A DNA stretch of 64,000 bases from Ignavibacteriota bacterium (GCA_963787835.1 CAWBEI010000005.1:80998-144997); one strand, 5' to 3'; counted from the first letter of the stretch, positions 38,582 to 48,465 are shown. The notes: generated from the sequence alone by a model not told the origin. Numbers and translations are program-made.

Positions 38582-39350
38582 AATTCATACTTCATAATTT
38601 CCCCAACAGGACGGCCCTGCGAGGAAGACACGACCCATAGATCACCCCGGAGACCGGTGGAAAAACAGTCCGCAATCGCTGCGTCCTGCCAGTGAATTCC
38701 ACCGGTGAGGTGCTGTCGCGAATGCCAATGACCAGCATTCGTTCCAGCAACTCAGTACAAGGGAATAAAGAACCGTAATATCCCAAGTATCAGCGGGCAC
38801 CTGCCTCGTGTGAATGACCGATCATCGATCGTTCACGAAAGACCGCTGGCTTCCCCTGTCCCTCAGCCTGCGGATGGTTCAAACCGTCACGTTCCTTCGA
38901 GATCGAAGTGTATGGCGACCCGTTACATCGGCTGCGAGCGACGGTCTCGCTCGCGGCTTATTGGAGTTCTCCGCTACCGTAAAATCGCTGGCTTCGAACG
39001 AGCAGGATGCGCCTAAACTAAGAAACGCGTTTCCAGCTCTGATGCAAATAATCCACGAACTTACGATAGCGGAGCGGGGCCTGTCGTTGGAATCAAGCGT
39101 CAAGCGCCCTGTGGCTCACTGTTGGTTCTTTTTTCGTTGTGCTCCGGGGCTCTGCGAGAAGAAGAGTGGGTTGGCTTATGGGGCGTCCGCTCTTCTCAAG
39201 GATGATCCCTCATCCAAGAATGATCGCTCATCCAAGAATGATCGCTCATTCGATGTGTCTTCCTCGAAGGGCCTTCCGCTATTAACTACAATTCTCCTTG
39301 CATCTGAGTTCTTCTAATACAAAGAGGATCGTAAAAATTTTCAATTTTTT
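38582..39350. other. Long non-coding spacer with tandem 18-bp repeats; possible structured RNA
   Basis: ~770 bp without a convincing CDS (the 167-aa ORF 38814..39317 is low-complexity and runs through catccaagaatgatcgct tandem repeats); contains long stems such as CCGGTGGAA...TTCCACCGG. Confidence 0.3.
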
Positions 39351-40112
39351 TTATCGAGATCTGATCGAGTCGATGATTTGGACGGTATTGTGTTCGAAAT
39401 GGGACTGAACCTCATGCCACTGCGTTCTAAAAATGATGGCAAAGGCAAAGTATCCTGCGAAGGCAAGCATGGCAATACTGGTTCCCAGATTGATCTTTTG
39501 CAAGGTGGCGGGCTGGAACCCACGCCGCCGTTTTGAGATCCATCGGATGAGGACGAGATACCATCCAATAGTTCCGGCGCCCGCGCCGAGTGCGAATAAC
39601 GCGTTCCTATCGACCCCGGTGCCGAGCAAGCCCCAACTGCGCCAAAGGCCGGAGACAATGATCCATTCCGGGACGGCCATGACATTCGTTGCATAGAGCA
39701 GAATTCCAATAGTGAATGGCCCCAAAAGGCTTTTTCTCTCTAAGTGCATGCGGTGGATCGCAGCGGCGGCCACGCGCTCTCCGCGGTCGGGTTCTTGTGG
39801 GAATGTATCCTCGGAGGAAGATTCATGAGTTACCGATTTAGAGGTAAGCTGCCGAATCCCGAGGATGAGCAACGCGGAAAATCCTGCAAACTCAAAACCC
39901 AAATTGATAACGGGAGATTTTACGAGGAATTGATTGATCTGCGCCGCGCCGCCACAATAGATCACGTCCATCATCCCCGCGCCAATAGCGACTGCAATAC
40001 CGAAGCGGGCGCTATACTTTATCGTGCGAGAGATCACGGCCGCATTCAGCGGGCCAATCGGCATCGACATCAGCCAGCCGGTGATAGCGCCGATCAAAAG
40101 TGCGAGGATCAA
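39351..40112 (-). CDS. LysE/RhtB-type amino-acid exporter-like membrane protein
   Basis: SMPIGPLNAAVISR motif near the N-terminus; multiple TM segments; 253 aa. Confidence 0.5.
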   Translation of the reverse strand: MILALLIGAITGWLMSMPIGPLNAAVISRTIKYSARFGIAVAIGAGMMDVIYCGGAAQINQFLVKSPVINLGFEFAGFSALLILGIRQLTSKSVTHESSSEDTFPQEPDRGERVAAAAIHRMHLERKSLLGPFTIGILLYATNVMAVPEWIIVSGLWRSWGLLGTGVDRNALFALGAGAGTIGWYLVLIRWISKRRRGFQPATLQKINLGTSIAMLAFAGYFAFAIIFRTQWHEVQSHFEHNTVQIIDSIRSR

Positions 40113-40612
40113 CGGGTAGCTGGAGTTTTGGCTTGTGTTACTTCGAAGAGGGTTCGTTTCAATTGAGCCGCATGCGTATGGTCATGTTCTGTCATCGTTT
40201 CAAGTATTTTATAGGTGTTCATTTCACCATACTTTGAATGAGTGCCGGTCAATTCGAATTCGCGGGGTTTCATCGTGCGGATCAAGTCGTGTGTCTCTTT
40301 ACGGGCTTTCGTGAGTTCGGGAATACCAGGCTGATACTCGCGTTCGTTGTATCGCTGTTCAATGGCCTCTTTGTCCGGATTCATCTGGTGGAATTGGTTC
40401 ACCGTGCCATCGAGCAACCCACGAATGCGTTTCTGCCACAGGCGCTCCACGTCAAGCATGTGATAGAGGATCTCAGTGGCGCTAAAGGCTTTCTCAGAGG
40501 GCTTCTCACGCACCAACGGGCGAGGGTATTCCTCAGCCGCCTGTAAAAATACGGTGAAGCTCTTATCTAATGCCGCCAGATGCGCTTCTGGATGGTGTTC
40601 GTGGGTGTGCAT
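40109..40612 (-). CDS. DinB/YfiT-like metal-binding four-helix-bundle protein
   Basis: N-terminal HTHEHHPEAH and C-terminal EHDHTHAAQL His clusters; 167 aa. Confidence 0.5.
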   Translation of the reverse strand: MHTHEHHPEAHLAALDKSFTVFLQAAEEYPRPLVREKPSEKAFSATEILYHMLDVERLWQKRIRGLLDGTVNQFHQMNPDKEAIEQRYNEREYQPGIPELTKARKETHDLIRTMKPREFELTGTHSKYGEMNTYKILETMTEHDHTHAAQLKRTLFEVTQAKTPATR

Positions 40613-41426
40613 TGGTAGGGGTGTTGATCAGACCGAAATCGCTTCGGAAAATGGTATTATCATATCGAAGATAGGAGACAATAAGTGCCGAATGTCCGCC
40701 GATCCATTGTGAAATATCGGTAGGGCCAAAATCATGAACGAGCGTCTTGATCGATTCGCCGGTCATTTCTTCGAGAGTGCTGGAGTAATCCTGAAATACT
40801 TTAGAAAGATACAGTGTATTGGCCCTGCGGTCAAGGTAGTTCTTGGTAGAATCGGCTAAGAACTTATGAAATTGGTCATCGAGTTGATCGCTCAAATGTT
40901 CTCCGGAATATGGCTCTATCCGAAGTTGCGGTGACGATCGTGTTCCATCGAAGAGTGCAAAGAATGCCCGCGGTTCACGAAAGTGATGTTCAATGATGGT
41001 ATGTTCGATGTCATACAAGGAGTAGGTTTGACCATCGGACATGAGAATCACCTTGGCATACCGAAATCCAGGGATGTCGTCGATCGACTTGGCCGGATTG
41101 AGGCGGAGCATATCCAACACATAGGCATTGTGCACATTGATCCAGAACGCAAGCAGTTCGGAGCGAGAAGTAAAGGCATCGGTGTGAACCAGGGCGATCT
41201 GCCGTAAGTATTCTGTAAGGTCGCTGTCGGATTGAAGCGCCTTGTAACTTACCGCACCGTTCCAGGCAACCGCCTGGGAAAGCACCCGACCGAAAAGGGA
41301 GTCATCGACGATCGCGAGCGGCGCACCTGTTGGCATGCTCACAATCGAAGTCTTCAGGACTGTTCCACAGGACGCAAAAATGATCGAGATGAGGGTTAGT
41401 ACACCCAAGCGCGTTTTGAAGTGCAT
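40563..41426 (-). CDS. DUF547 domain protein (lipoprotein)
   Basis: LLAFWINVHNAYVL motif; signal/lipobox IIFASCG. The 3' end overlaps the next gene by 50 nt, so the true ends are uncertain. Confidence 0.55.
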   Translation of the reverse strand: MHFKTRLGVLTLISIIFASCGTVLKTSIVSMPTGAPLAIVDDSLFGRVLSQAVAWNGAVSYKALQSDSDLTEYLRQIALVHTDAFTSRSELLAFWINVHNAYVLDMLRLNPAKSIDDIPGFRYAKVILMSDGQTYSLYDIEHTIIEHHFREPRAFFALFDGTRSSPQLRIEPYSGEHLSDQLDDQFHKFLADSTKNYLDRRANTLYLSKVFQDYSSTLEEMTGESIKTLVHDFGPTDISQWIGGHSALIVSYLRYDNTIFRSDFGLINTPTNAHPRTPSRSASGGIR

Positions 41427-41553
41427 GCTTTGCTTACGGCGTAACTATCTCTTGTATAAAACTATCTATAAGGGGTAATGAGATGTCACGGTATCAAATT
41501 TGACTAACGTACATTGATCGCCGAGGAATTCCAACCGTACGACCCAAGAAGCA

Positions 41554-43248
41554 TTACTTCTTGGATGGTGCCGATTGTTTTAGATATTCCAGACCTTGTT
41601 TCGCTCCCTCATTATTAGGATCGAGTTTCAAGACTTTTTCATAATACTTCTTCGCCTTATCGAACTGATGCAGTTGATGGTAGGACTGCGCAAGGACCAG
41701 AGTATAGCTCGTGAGATATGGGGAGTTTGATGCTTCGAGCGTTGTCACGGCCGGTTCAAAGTGTTCGACCGCCGCTTTCCAATCTTTCAGCGCCGCATAA
41801 TGATAAGCGATCAAGCCTTCCGCGATGGCTGCAGTATCGGCTGAGTTGGAAGCCTTAGCGGCTTCGCGAAGTTTATTGAACGAGGCAAGCGCTTCCTCGG
41901 TACTATCGGACGAAACTTCGTTGAGCGCTATTTGCATTAGGACCTTCACAGAATTTGGATTAATTGCGAGAGCCTTGTCATAATATAATTTGGCGGAATC
42001 GGATTTTTTTGCAATTCCATAGATCTCTCCGGCAGAGAGATAGGCATCGACCGATGGGTTGGCATCGGCGATCTTTGCAAACACCTGCGCAGATTCGTCA
42101 TAGCGCTTCTGCTGATAAAGCAAATTACCAATAGCATTTTGTGTCTGGAGTTTTTCCTGCGGTGTGCGGATCGTATCACCAACCAATGATTTTTTCAATT
42201 GATCGATCCCGCCGGCGGTATCGCCGGAGACGATAAGTGCGTCACCATAAAAGCCGAGGTCTTTCGGGTCGAGCGATTTTGCGTTTTTATAAATATCGAG
42301 AGCTTTCGGATAATCCTTCGAATAAAAATAGCTCCGGGCAAGCAATAACAGCGAAAGTGCTTTAAGGGAATCATTCGAAGCGACCGCCTGTAATGCCGGC
42401 AGCGCTTCCTGATATTGCCCAGCTTCGGTCAACGACCTTGCATAGAGCCACTGTCCATTAACATCATTGGGTTTCAGTTTCACATATTTGCCCGCATAAA
42501 ACGCCGCATTCTGAAATTGCTTACCCAAAAAATAAAGATTTCCAACTTGATAATAGGCGTCTGCATAGTTCGAGTCGATGCGAATGACCTGGAGCCATTC
42601 TTTTGCCGACTCATTGTATTTCGGCGGACGCAACCGGAGATACAATCCCGCAAGAGAACTATGCACGCCCTCGTCATTCGGATCGAGCTTCAGAGCTTGT
42701 TCGAATTGGCCGATGGCGAGTTCCGGAATGTGTTGACGCTCGTAGAGCTCGGCTAAACCTACATAAGACCGGACATCCTTGGTATCCAATTGCTGGGCTT
42801 GATAGAGCGTGATCTCCGCAGATTTCAGAGAATCGATGGAAATATAATAGCGGCTCAATGCAACCATGCTGCCGACATCTTTGGGGTCGATCTTGATGGC
42901 CTGATGGAATTCTTCGAGCGCGTCATTGATGCGCGCCTGTTTCCCATAGACTATTCCACGGGCGATGCGCACGAGTTCGTTATGACGGTCGATGTCAAAG
43001 GCTGCCTGTGCTTCTGTTGCGGCGTCCGGTAACTTATTCAAGGCAACAAGTGCGATTGCGAGACCAGCATGCGCTTCGGCATTTTTTGGATCGGTGGCAA
43101 TAAGCTGCCGAAGTTGATCGGCAGCATCGCGAGCGTTCCCAAGATCGACGAGCTTCATGGCCGCCGCGACGTGTATATCATGTGCCTGCGCCCAAACGCT
43201 CGGAGCGAGGGTGAAGAGTACGAGAAGAATAGAAAATAACCGTTTCAT
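41554..43248 (-). CDS. Tetratricopeptide-repeat protein (secreted)
   Basis: Signal peptide; about 14 TPR-like repeats. Last gene of the ExbB/ExbD/TonB cluster, as is common in the FCB group. Confidence 0.75.
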   Translation of the reverse strand: MKRLFSILLVLFTLAPSVWAQAHDIHVAAAMKLVDLGNARDAADQLRQLIATDPKNAEAHAGLAIALVALNKLPDAATEAQAAFDIDRHNELVRIARGIVYGKQARINDALEEFHQAIKIDPKDVGSMVALSRYYISIDSLKSAEITLYQAQQLDTKDVRSYVGLAELYERQHIPELAIGQFEQALKLDPNDEGVHSSLAGLYLRLRPPKYNESAKEWLQVIRIDSNYADAYYQVGNLYFLGKQFQNAAFYAGKYVKLKPNDVNGQWLYARSLTEAGQYQEALPALQAVASNDSLKALSLLLLARSYFYSKDYPKALDIYKNAKSLDPKDLGFYGDALIVSGDTAGGIDQLKKSLVGDTIRTPQEKLQTQNAIGNLLYQQKRYDESAQVFAKIADANPSVDAYLSAGEIYGIAKKSDSAKLYYDKALAINPNSVKVLMQIALNEVSSDSTEEALASFNKLREAAKASNSADTAAIAEGLIAYHYAALKDWKAAVEHFEPAVTTLEASNSPYLTSYTLVLAQSYHQLHQFDKAKKYYEKVLKLDPNNEGAKQGLEYLKQSAPSKK

Positions 43249-43260
43249 AATTTCGTGGTT

Positions 43261-44166
43261 CTATTTGTTCGGTACGATCCGTATGGGTTGTGTCACCGGA
43301 AGCACATCGAAATCCTTAAATACCGTTTGTCCATGCGCCGTAGAAGCATAAGCGAGGAACCCGCGTGGGATCGTATTCGGAACTTCGAACGAATAGCCAA
43401 AGACCTTGCTCACGAATGGATAGAGGCCCTCGGCAATATAGGCCATGTGCAGCAGCACCGGCTCGATGAGGCCACGGGAGCTTGAATCTGCCGGAATGAC
43501 CGGAAGCGCCTTGATGCTGGTATCGCCCTCAGATTCGAACCAGTGGACCCACGCGGAGCCGATAAAGCCTACTGATTTTGGATGTGCTGAAACATAGGAT
43601 ACAATGCTATCGGCAGTGTTGAAATGAAGAATATATTTCGCCTTCTGCTCCGCGCCATTATTGAGAATGGAATCCAACACATATTCTGTGCTGGATGGAT
43701 ATGCAGGCAATACCAGGGTGACATCTCCCCAGGAAGTAGTTTCACCGGCGAACATCTTTTGCAGATCGCTCTTGCGGATCGTGGTTGAGGAATTTTTTTC
43801 CGAGACGATACAGGCGATGCCATCCTGGGCCAGACGGTAATCGGGAAGATCGGCAGAATCCGATCTCACTACTTCACGCTCTTTAGGAGTTAGCGTGCGG
43901 TCGATGATGATGGCGCGGGTATCGTGATTGAGCAGTTCCCGGACGGCTTCTGTGGCGCTGGTGTATTTCACTGTCACATTTGCGTCGGGATTTTCGACCA
44001 TAAAGCCGGTGACGAGGCTGTCGATCACAGGTTTTAATTCTTCATCGGCAACGAGTTGGAAACTGCCATACGTCGCGGTTTCGGACGTCGAGGCCTTTTC
44101 CTGTTTCTCGCACGCAGCACAGAAGAGCATGACGAGCAACGGAAGCAAGATGGAGCGCGGCTTCAT
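43261..44166 (-). CDS. PstS-family periplasmic substrate-binding lipoprotein associated with the TonB cluster
   Basis: Lipobox LFCAAC; type-2 periplasmic-binding fold composition. The position after tonB matches the conserved FCB exbB-exbD-tonB-PstS-like-TPR arrangement. Confidence 0.5.
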   Translation of the reverse strand: MKPRSILLPLLVMLFCAACEKQEKASTSETATYGSFQLVADEELKPVIDSLVTGFMVENPDANVTVKYTSATEAVRELLNHDTRAIIIDRTLTPKEREVVRSDSADLPDYRLAQDGIACIVSEKNSSTTIRKSDLQKMFAGETTSWGDVTLVLPAYPSSTEYVLDSILNNGAEQKAKYILHFNTADSIVSYVSAHPKSVGFIGSAWVHWFESEGDTSIKALPVIPADSSSRGLIEPVLLHMAYIAEGLYPFVSKVFGYSFEVPNTIPRGFLAYASTAHGQTVFKDFDVLPVTQPIRIVPNK

Positions 44167-44456
44167 GACTGTGGCGGCGTTGGCTCGGAATTTTTGCCGT
44201 TCAGAGTAACGGAATTATTCAGCTTATTGGCCCGACGGATCGTGGAGATGCCGGTAAAAATACGAAACACGGCATAGACTACGATGACAATTCCAACACC
44301 GGTTCTTAAATTAGTGATCGGTCCGACAACAGTTCCCTGATAGAACAATACGAATGCCGCCGTGCCGAGTGCAATGATCCCAATAACAATATACACCATC
44401 CCAGCGATCTTGTTCGGAGGCCGCTCGATGGGGCGACGGGGAGTGGTTGTTGCCAT
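44163..44456 (-). CDS. Small two-TM membrane protein
   Basis: 97 aa; two hydrophobic helices; 4-bp overlap with the downstream gene. Confidence 0.4.
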   Translation of the reverse strand: MATTTPRRPIERPPNKIAGMVYIVIGIIALGTAAFVLFYQGTVVGPITNLRTGVGIVIVVYAVFRIFTGISTIRRANKLNNSVTLNGKNSEPTPPQS

Positions 44457-44514
44457 GATAGATATAGTTGACTGATCCTGAACAGTGCATCACGCGCCGT
44501 GACAAGACTGCTTC

Positions 44515-45258
44515 TTATTTCAACTTGAAATTGATCGTGCGCGTGATCCAGATCTTAAGCGGAGTGCCATTTTGCCGAGCGGGAGTGAACTTCGCACGTT
44601 TCATAGCATCGATAGCTGCATCTTTGAAAAGATCGTAGTCAGATTTGAGAACTTCCACTTTCTCGACCGTTCCATCTTTACCAATGAGCGCCTGCACGGT
44701 AACTTTTCCTTCGAGTCCGCTACGGCGAGCGACTTCTGGGTATTGGATGAGTTTTTCAATTGGTTGGATCGGCTCAGGCTCCTCGGACACATCGATGAAT
44801 TCATCCGGGGTTGGGTCGGCCTCCTGGACGGGTTGGTCGATATGCAATTCCACCGGAGCATTCGTAACCGGCCCATTTCCGACCGGCGCAGCTTGCGGTG
44901 CAGGCTGGTTCATGTCAGGGAGTGTCAACTGCGGAGCAACAGCATCGGGCACCGGTACAGGAACTCCCAAATTGGGTTTCACGACATTGCTTGGCGGCGG
45001 GGGTGTAACGGGCTGTACATCCTGGTTATCGATGGAGGGTGGTGGCGCAAGTTCTGCAATACCGTGAATCCGGACGTGCGGAATATGCTTGTCATCCTCG
45101 GAGGTGAACCACGACCAACCAACATAGAGTAGTAAGACGAGCAAATGCAGCGCAATGGAAATACCAAGCGCATTCGAGAAATACCGGTTCTGGTTTTTCT
45201 TGAGGTCAATGCCTCCGTATTGCTCGAGCTGTTCCGATACTAAATTACTAAGTGCCAT
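44515..45258 (-). CDS. tonB: Energy transducer TonB
   Basis: N-terminal TM anchor, Pro-rich spacer (PPPSNVVKPNLGVPVPVP), C-terminal TonB domain ...YPEVARRSGLEGKVTVQALIGKDGTV...KFTPARQNG. Confidence 0.85.
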   Translation of the reverse strand: MALSNLVSEQLEQYGGIDLKKNQNRYFSNALGISIALHLLVLLLYVGWSWFTSEDDKHIPHVRIHGIAELAPPPSIDNQDVQPVTPPPPSNVVKPNLGVPVPVPDAVAPQLTLPDMNQPAPQAAPVGNGPVTNAPVELHIDQPVQEADPTPDEFIDVSEEPEPIQPIEKLIQYPEVARRSGLEGKVTVQALIGKDGTVEKVEVLKSDYDLFKDAAIDAMKRAKFTPARQNGTPLKIWITRTINFKLK

Positions 45259-45278
45259 ATTAATTTTCGAAATTCACT

Positions 45279-45302
45279 TGTAGGGACGTGCTGCGCACGT
45301 CC
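45279..45302. repeat. Family C palindromic repeat copy (tgtagggacgtgctgcgcacgtcc)
   Basis: Forms an exact inverted pair with 45343..45366 around a 40-bp GC-rich spacer. Confidence 0.65.
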
Positions 45303-45342
45303 AACGACCCGGGGTGAGCATTTTCGGACTCTCCGGGGGAGA

Positions 45343-45366
45343 GGACGTGCGCAGCACGTCCCTACA
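45343..45366. repeat. Family C palindromic repeat copy (inverted partner)
   Basis: ggacgtgcgcagcacgtccctaca is the reverse complement of 45279..45302. Confidence 0.65.
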
Positions 45367-45370
45367 GTCA

Positions 45371-45868
45371 TTACAAACCGCCGACCAATTTCAGATCCGT
45401 ATCGTCCATTGCGACGAGGCTGAATCGCTTTTCGGACTGGTGAAGTTCGCCTTGCGTCTCGTTCAGATCATCGACCATCGTTACCAGCGTCTGATACTTT
45501 GCCTTCGGATCGATCTTGATGAGCGTCGAGAGCTTCGGATTGATCTGAAGATGCTCCTTGAGAATCTTCGGAACATCGTTCTCCGAGATCTTTTGCGGCG
45601 CTTCGGTTCCCATGTTCCAGAACACCGCCATATCCTGACGAATGCGGAGCGTCAGTAAGTTCGATTCCGCGATCTCGACCGGTATTTTCGAGTCCGGTGG
45701 CATCGTGATCTCCATGACCTGCGGAGTAAGCAGGGTGGTCGTCAACATAAAGAACGTCAGCAACAGAAACGCGACATCGACCATCGGGGTCATGTCCAAT
45801 CGCACGCCTAAGCGCGCGCGTTTCTTGCCTTTCCCTCTTTTACCACCACTTTGAACAATTTCAGCCAT
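45371..45868 (-). CDS. exbD: Biopolymer transport protein ExbD/TolR
   Basis: RLDMTPMVDVAFLLLTFFM motif; 165 aa. Confidence 0.85.
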   Translation of the reverse strand: MAEIVQSGGKRGKGKKRARLGVRLDMTPMVDVAFLLLTFFMLTTTLLTPQVMEITMPPDSKIPVEIAESNLLTLRIRQDMAVFWNMGTEAPQKISENDVPKILKEHLQINPKLSTLIKIDPKAKYQTLVTMVDDLNETQGELHQSEKRFSLVAMDDTDLKLVGGL

Positions 45869-45892
45869 TGTGTTTGTCCTTAAACGGTTCCG

Positions 45893-46438
45893 TTAAATTT
45901 TTTCCTTGTTCATGGTAACCAAATTCATACGCGTGGCTCCATTCTTTTGTAATGCGCGCATTACATCGTTGATCGTGCCGAACGTGACGGCCGAATCTGC
46001 ATTGATCGCAAAGCGCATCGAGGGATTCTGTAAGCGGGCTTGCAGCACGACGGTTTCGAGCGTTGCCTTCGATACCACGACTCCAGCCTTCATTGCAAGT
46101 TCAGCATCGGTGAACGGCTGACCCGTTTTCGGGTCGAGAAGATTGAGCGGCTTATAGACCGGCGCGCGATCTTTCTCATTCGAAAGCCCGAATTCGATGA
46201 CGGTATCGACACGGCCATCGGGTTGGGGTTTCAACCCAACTTCCACGGTCGCGATATTTGCGTCGGGAAGCTTTGTGGTATCCGCGACAGCCACCGGAAG
46301 CATGATCTGCAACGGTTCATCCGATTGGGGCTTGAATTTTGCCGTGAGCATGAAGAACGTCAGGAGCAAAAAGCCCACATCGACCATCGGCGTCATGTCG
46401 AGGCGGTAACTGTGGCGTTTTATTTTATTCTTTGCCAT
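45893..46438 (-). CDS. exbD: Biopolymer transport protein ExbD/TolR (second copy)
   Basis: RLDMTPMVDVGFLLLTFFML motif; 181 aa. Confidence 0.85.
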   Translation of the reverse strand: MAKNKIKRHSYRLDMTPMVDVGFLLLTFFMLTAKFKPQSDEPLQIMLPVAVADTTKLPDANIATVEVGLKPQPDGRVDTVIEFGLSNEKDRAPVYKPLNLLDPKTGQPFTDAELAMKAGVVVSKATLETVVLQARLQNPSMRFAINADSAVTFGTINDVMRALQKNGATRMNLVTMNKEKI

Positions 46439-46457
46439 TTTATTTTAAATCTTTCCT

Positions 46458-46526
46458 TGTAGCGCCGGCGTCCTCGCCGGTCCCTGCATTTGAGGCAGGG
46501 GAACCGGCGAGGACGCCGGCGCTACA
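46458..46526. repeat. Family D 69-bp palindromic element (intergenic copy, exbB|exbD)
   Basis: tgtagcgccggcgtcctcgccggtccctgcatttgaggcaggggaaccggcgaggacgccggcgctaca: a near-perfect ~30-bp stem. Confidence 0.7.
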
Positions 46527-46529
46527 TTT

Positions 46530-47324
46530 TTACGCAGAAGCTTTCGTGAGAAAGCGTGTCTCGAGCGTTTCGACGAGGTTCAGGCAGGCTTCATCGATCG
46601 TGTAGATAAAGCTATCGACCTTCGTGGTGAAGAAGTTGTAGAACACGATGGCGATGATAGCGCCGAAGATTCCAAAGGCGGTATTGACGAGCGCCTCGGA
46701 AATACCGATGGAAAGCTGCGTCGCGCTCGCGGCACCGGCTTCGCCAAGTGCACGGAAAGAGCGGATCATACCAAGCACCGTTCCCAAGAGACCGACCATC
46801 GTGGAGATGGAGGCGATCGTCGAAAGGCCGATGAGGTTACGCTCCAGGAGCGGGGTTTCGATGCTCGTGGCTTCTTCGATGGTGCGCTTTACTTCTGCGA
46901 GCTTAAGTGCGGCGGCCATGCCACCCTCGTTACGTACTTTCTTGAAGCTTTCGAGACCGGCGCGAAGAATATTCGCTACGGTGCCGCGCTGTTTGGAGCA
47001 AAGGTCGATCGCTGCATCGACGTTACCGGCATCGAGGCTCTTTTCGACGTTCGCGAGGAACTTACCGAGATCGCCCGATCCCTGCGCCTTCGCAAGCGAA
47101 AAGAAACGCTCGATGATAAAGGTGAACACCATGATGGTTAGCATCAGCAGCAGCGGCACAATAATACCGCCGGTATAGATGATACCCATGACATCTTTCG
47201 GATGCTCTTTCGTGGCCGCATCCGCAAAATGCGAATCCGCACCGAAAATGAAGGAATAAATGAGCACAGCGGCGACAAACGCTGCCGCGATGACGATCGA
47301 TACAAAAAGAGAATTTTTCTTCAT
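46530..47324 (-). CDS. exbB: MotA/TolQ/ExbB proton-channel protein
   Basis: Three TM helices; LSTIASISTMVGLLGTVLGMIRSF motif. Start trimmed to MKKNSLF, because the longer ORF reads through a family C repeat. Confidence 0.85.
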   Translation of the reverse strand: MKKNSLFVSIVIAAAFVAAVLIYSFIFGADSHFADAATKEHPKDVMGIIYTGGIIVPLLLMLTIMVFTFIIERFFSLAKAQGSGDLGKFLANVEKSLDAGNVDAAIDLCSKQRGTVANILRAGLESFKKVRNEGGMAAALKLAEVKRTIEEATSIETPLLERNLIGLSTIASISTMVGLLGTVLGMIRSFRALGEAGAASATQLSIGISEALVNTAFGIFGAIIAIVFYNFFTTKVDSFIYTIDEACLNLVETLETRFLTKASA

Positions 47325-47370
47325 GATTTCGTAGGTCGGTGCTTCCAGCCCGACATTTTGTGATTGTTTA

Positions 47371-47394
47371 TGTAGGGACGTGCTGTGCACGTCC
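47371..47394. repeat. Family C palindromic repeat copy
   Basis: tgtagggacgtgctgtgcacgtcc in the exbB 5' leader. Confidence 0.6.
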
Positions 47395-47544
47395 TCCCCC
47401 TCTATATATAAAACCTAATGCCAACACCAAAATCGCCCATTTTAGGACAAAAATGGCTGTACGACTAACAAGGAGCACTGTAAATTGCAGGAAGGCAAGA
47501 CCGGTTCCTGCAAAGTGCAGGATGTGAGGCTAACCTGAGCAGAT

Positions 47545-48336
47545 TTATTTTGCCGTTAACACAACCCGGAGGGTTCGCTGCTTAGAGTCTAAGGCAATGG
47601 ACATCGTCATATTCGGGAAATCCGCATCCGCCGAAACGGAGGTCAGTTTTCCGCCATCGAATTTGTTGACATCCCAGACGGATGCGGTGGTATTGAAGTC
47701 ATCGTCGTTATCGAAATGGTAGAAGACGGTTATTTTCTGCAAGCCGTTATCGCCAATGATGCCATCTAACGATGCGGGATGTAAGCTCTCAGAAAAGCCG
47801 CTGGAAGATACGGCATGCAGATAGATCCCATCCGTTTCTTCCTCCTCATCGACATTTCCTATGCTTTGAAACGTTTTCAGGATCTGGGCTTTGCTCATGC
47901 CAAGCATGGCTTTGAAGTTTCCGAACTTGGAGTCTTCATGCAGTTTGGAGCCACCCCCCAGTTTAAAATTAATAGTGCGCGTGATCCATAGTTCAAGCGG
48001 TGTACCGTAATACTTTCCCGGAGTGAACTTCGCATGCTGCATCGCATCGATAGCGGCATCCTTAAAAATATCATTGGTGCATTTCAGGACTTGCACTTTT
48101 TCCACACTGCCATCCTTGCCGATAAGCGCTTGCACCGTAACTTTGCCTTCGAGTCCGCTGCGCCGTGCGGCTTCCGGATACACAATAAGCTTTTCAAGCG
48201 GCTGTAGTGGTTCGGGTTCATCCGTCACATCGACAAACATGCCCTGAGAGGAATCGGGAGCCGTTTGCGCGAGCGCGTGGCTGCTCAGGCTCAAAAGAAC
48301 TGCAACGGTCAGAATGATAGTGTGGCGCATAATCAC
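47545..48336 (-). CDS. Secreted protein with N-terminal TonB-C-like domain plus unknown C-terminal domain (TonB paralog without anchor or Pro-rich region)
   Basis: Signal peptide MRHTIILTVAVLLSLSSHALA. Residues ~35-125 (EPEPLQPLEKLIVYPEAARRSGLEGKVTVQALIGKDGSVEKVQVLK...WITRTINFKL) are ~80% identical at nucleotide level to the tonB 3' end (44520-44830). Confidence 0.7.
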   Translation of the reverse strand: MIMRHTIILTVAVLLSLSSHALAQTAPDSSQGMFVDVTDEPEPLQPLEKLIVYPEAARRSGLEGKVTVQALIGKDGSVEKVQVLKCTNDIFKDAAIDAMQHAKFTPGKYYGTPLELWITRTINFKLGGGSKLHEDSKFGNFKAMLGMSKAQILKTFQSIGNVDEEEETDGIYLHAVSSSGFSESLHPASLDGIIGDNGLQKITVFYHFDNDDDFNTTASVWDVNKFDGGKLTSVSADADFPNMTMSIALDSKQRTLRVVLTAK

Positions 48337-48465
48337 CCAAGAAAAAGTTACAAAACTTGGAACACCTGAACGGAAGGAAAGTTTCAGAGTTGGGTCATCT
48401 GACCATTCTTTTCGTTAGTCATAGCAATTTTATAATAAATCCAAGAATCATTCAAGTGAGGCTTT

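Noticed and set aside
38814-39317. 167-aa ORF in the long spacer
   Set aside because: Low-complexity composition, includes tandem 18-bp repeats, no RBS, no recognisable family; kept only as part of the non-coding-region observation.
38590-39345. tmRNA, RNase P RNA or SRP RNA
   Set aside because: Looked for a GGGG...tRNA-like 3' end, the RNase P P4 (GGAAAGUCCGG / ACAGAA.CCGGCUUA) and SRP domain IV motifs on both strands. No convincing match by eye; needs a covariance-model search.
44572-45132. 186-aa and 140-aa plus-strand ORFs
   Set aside because: Antisense to tonB (Pro-rich region gives open antisense frames).
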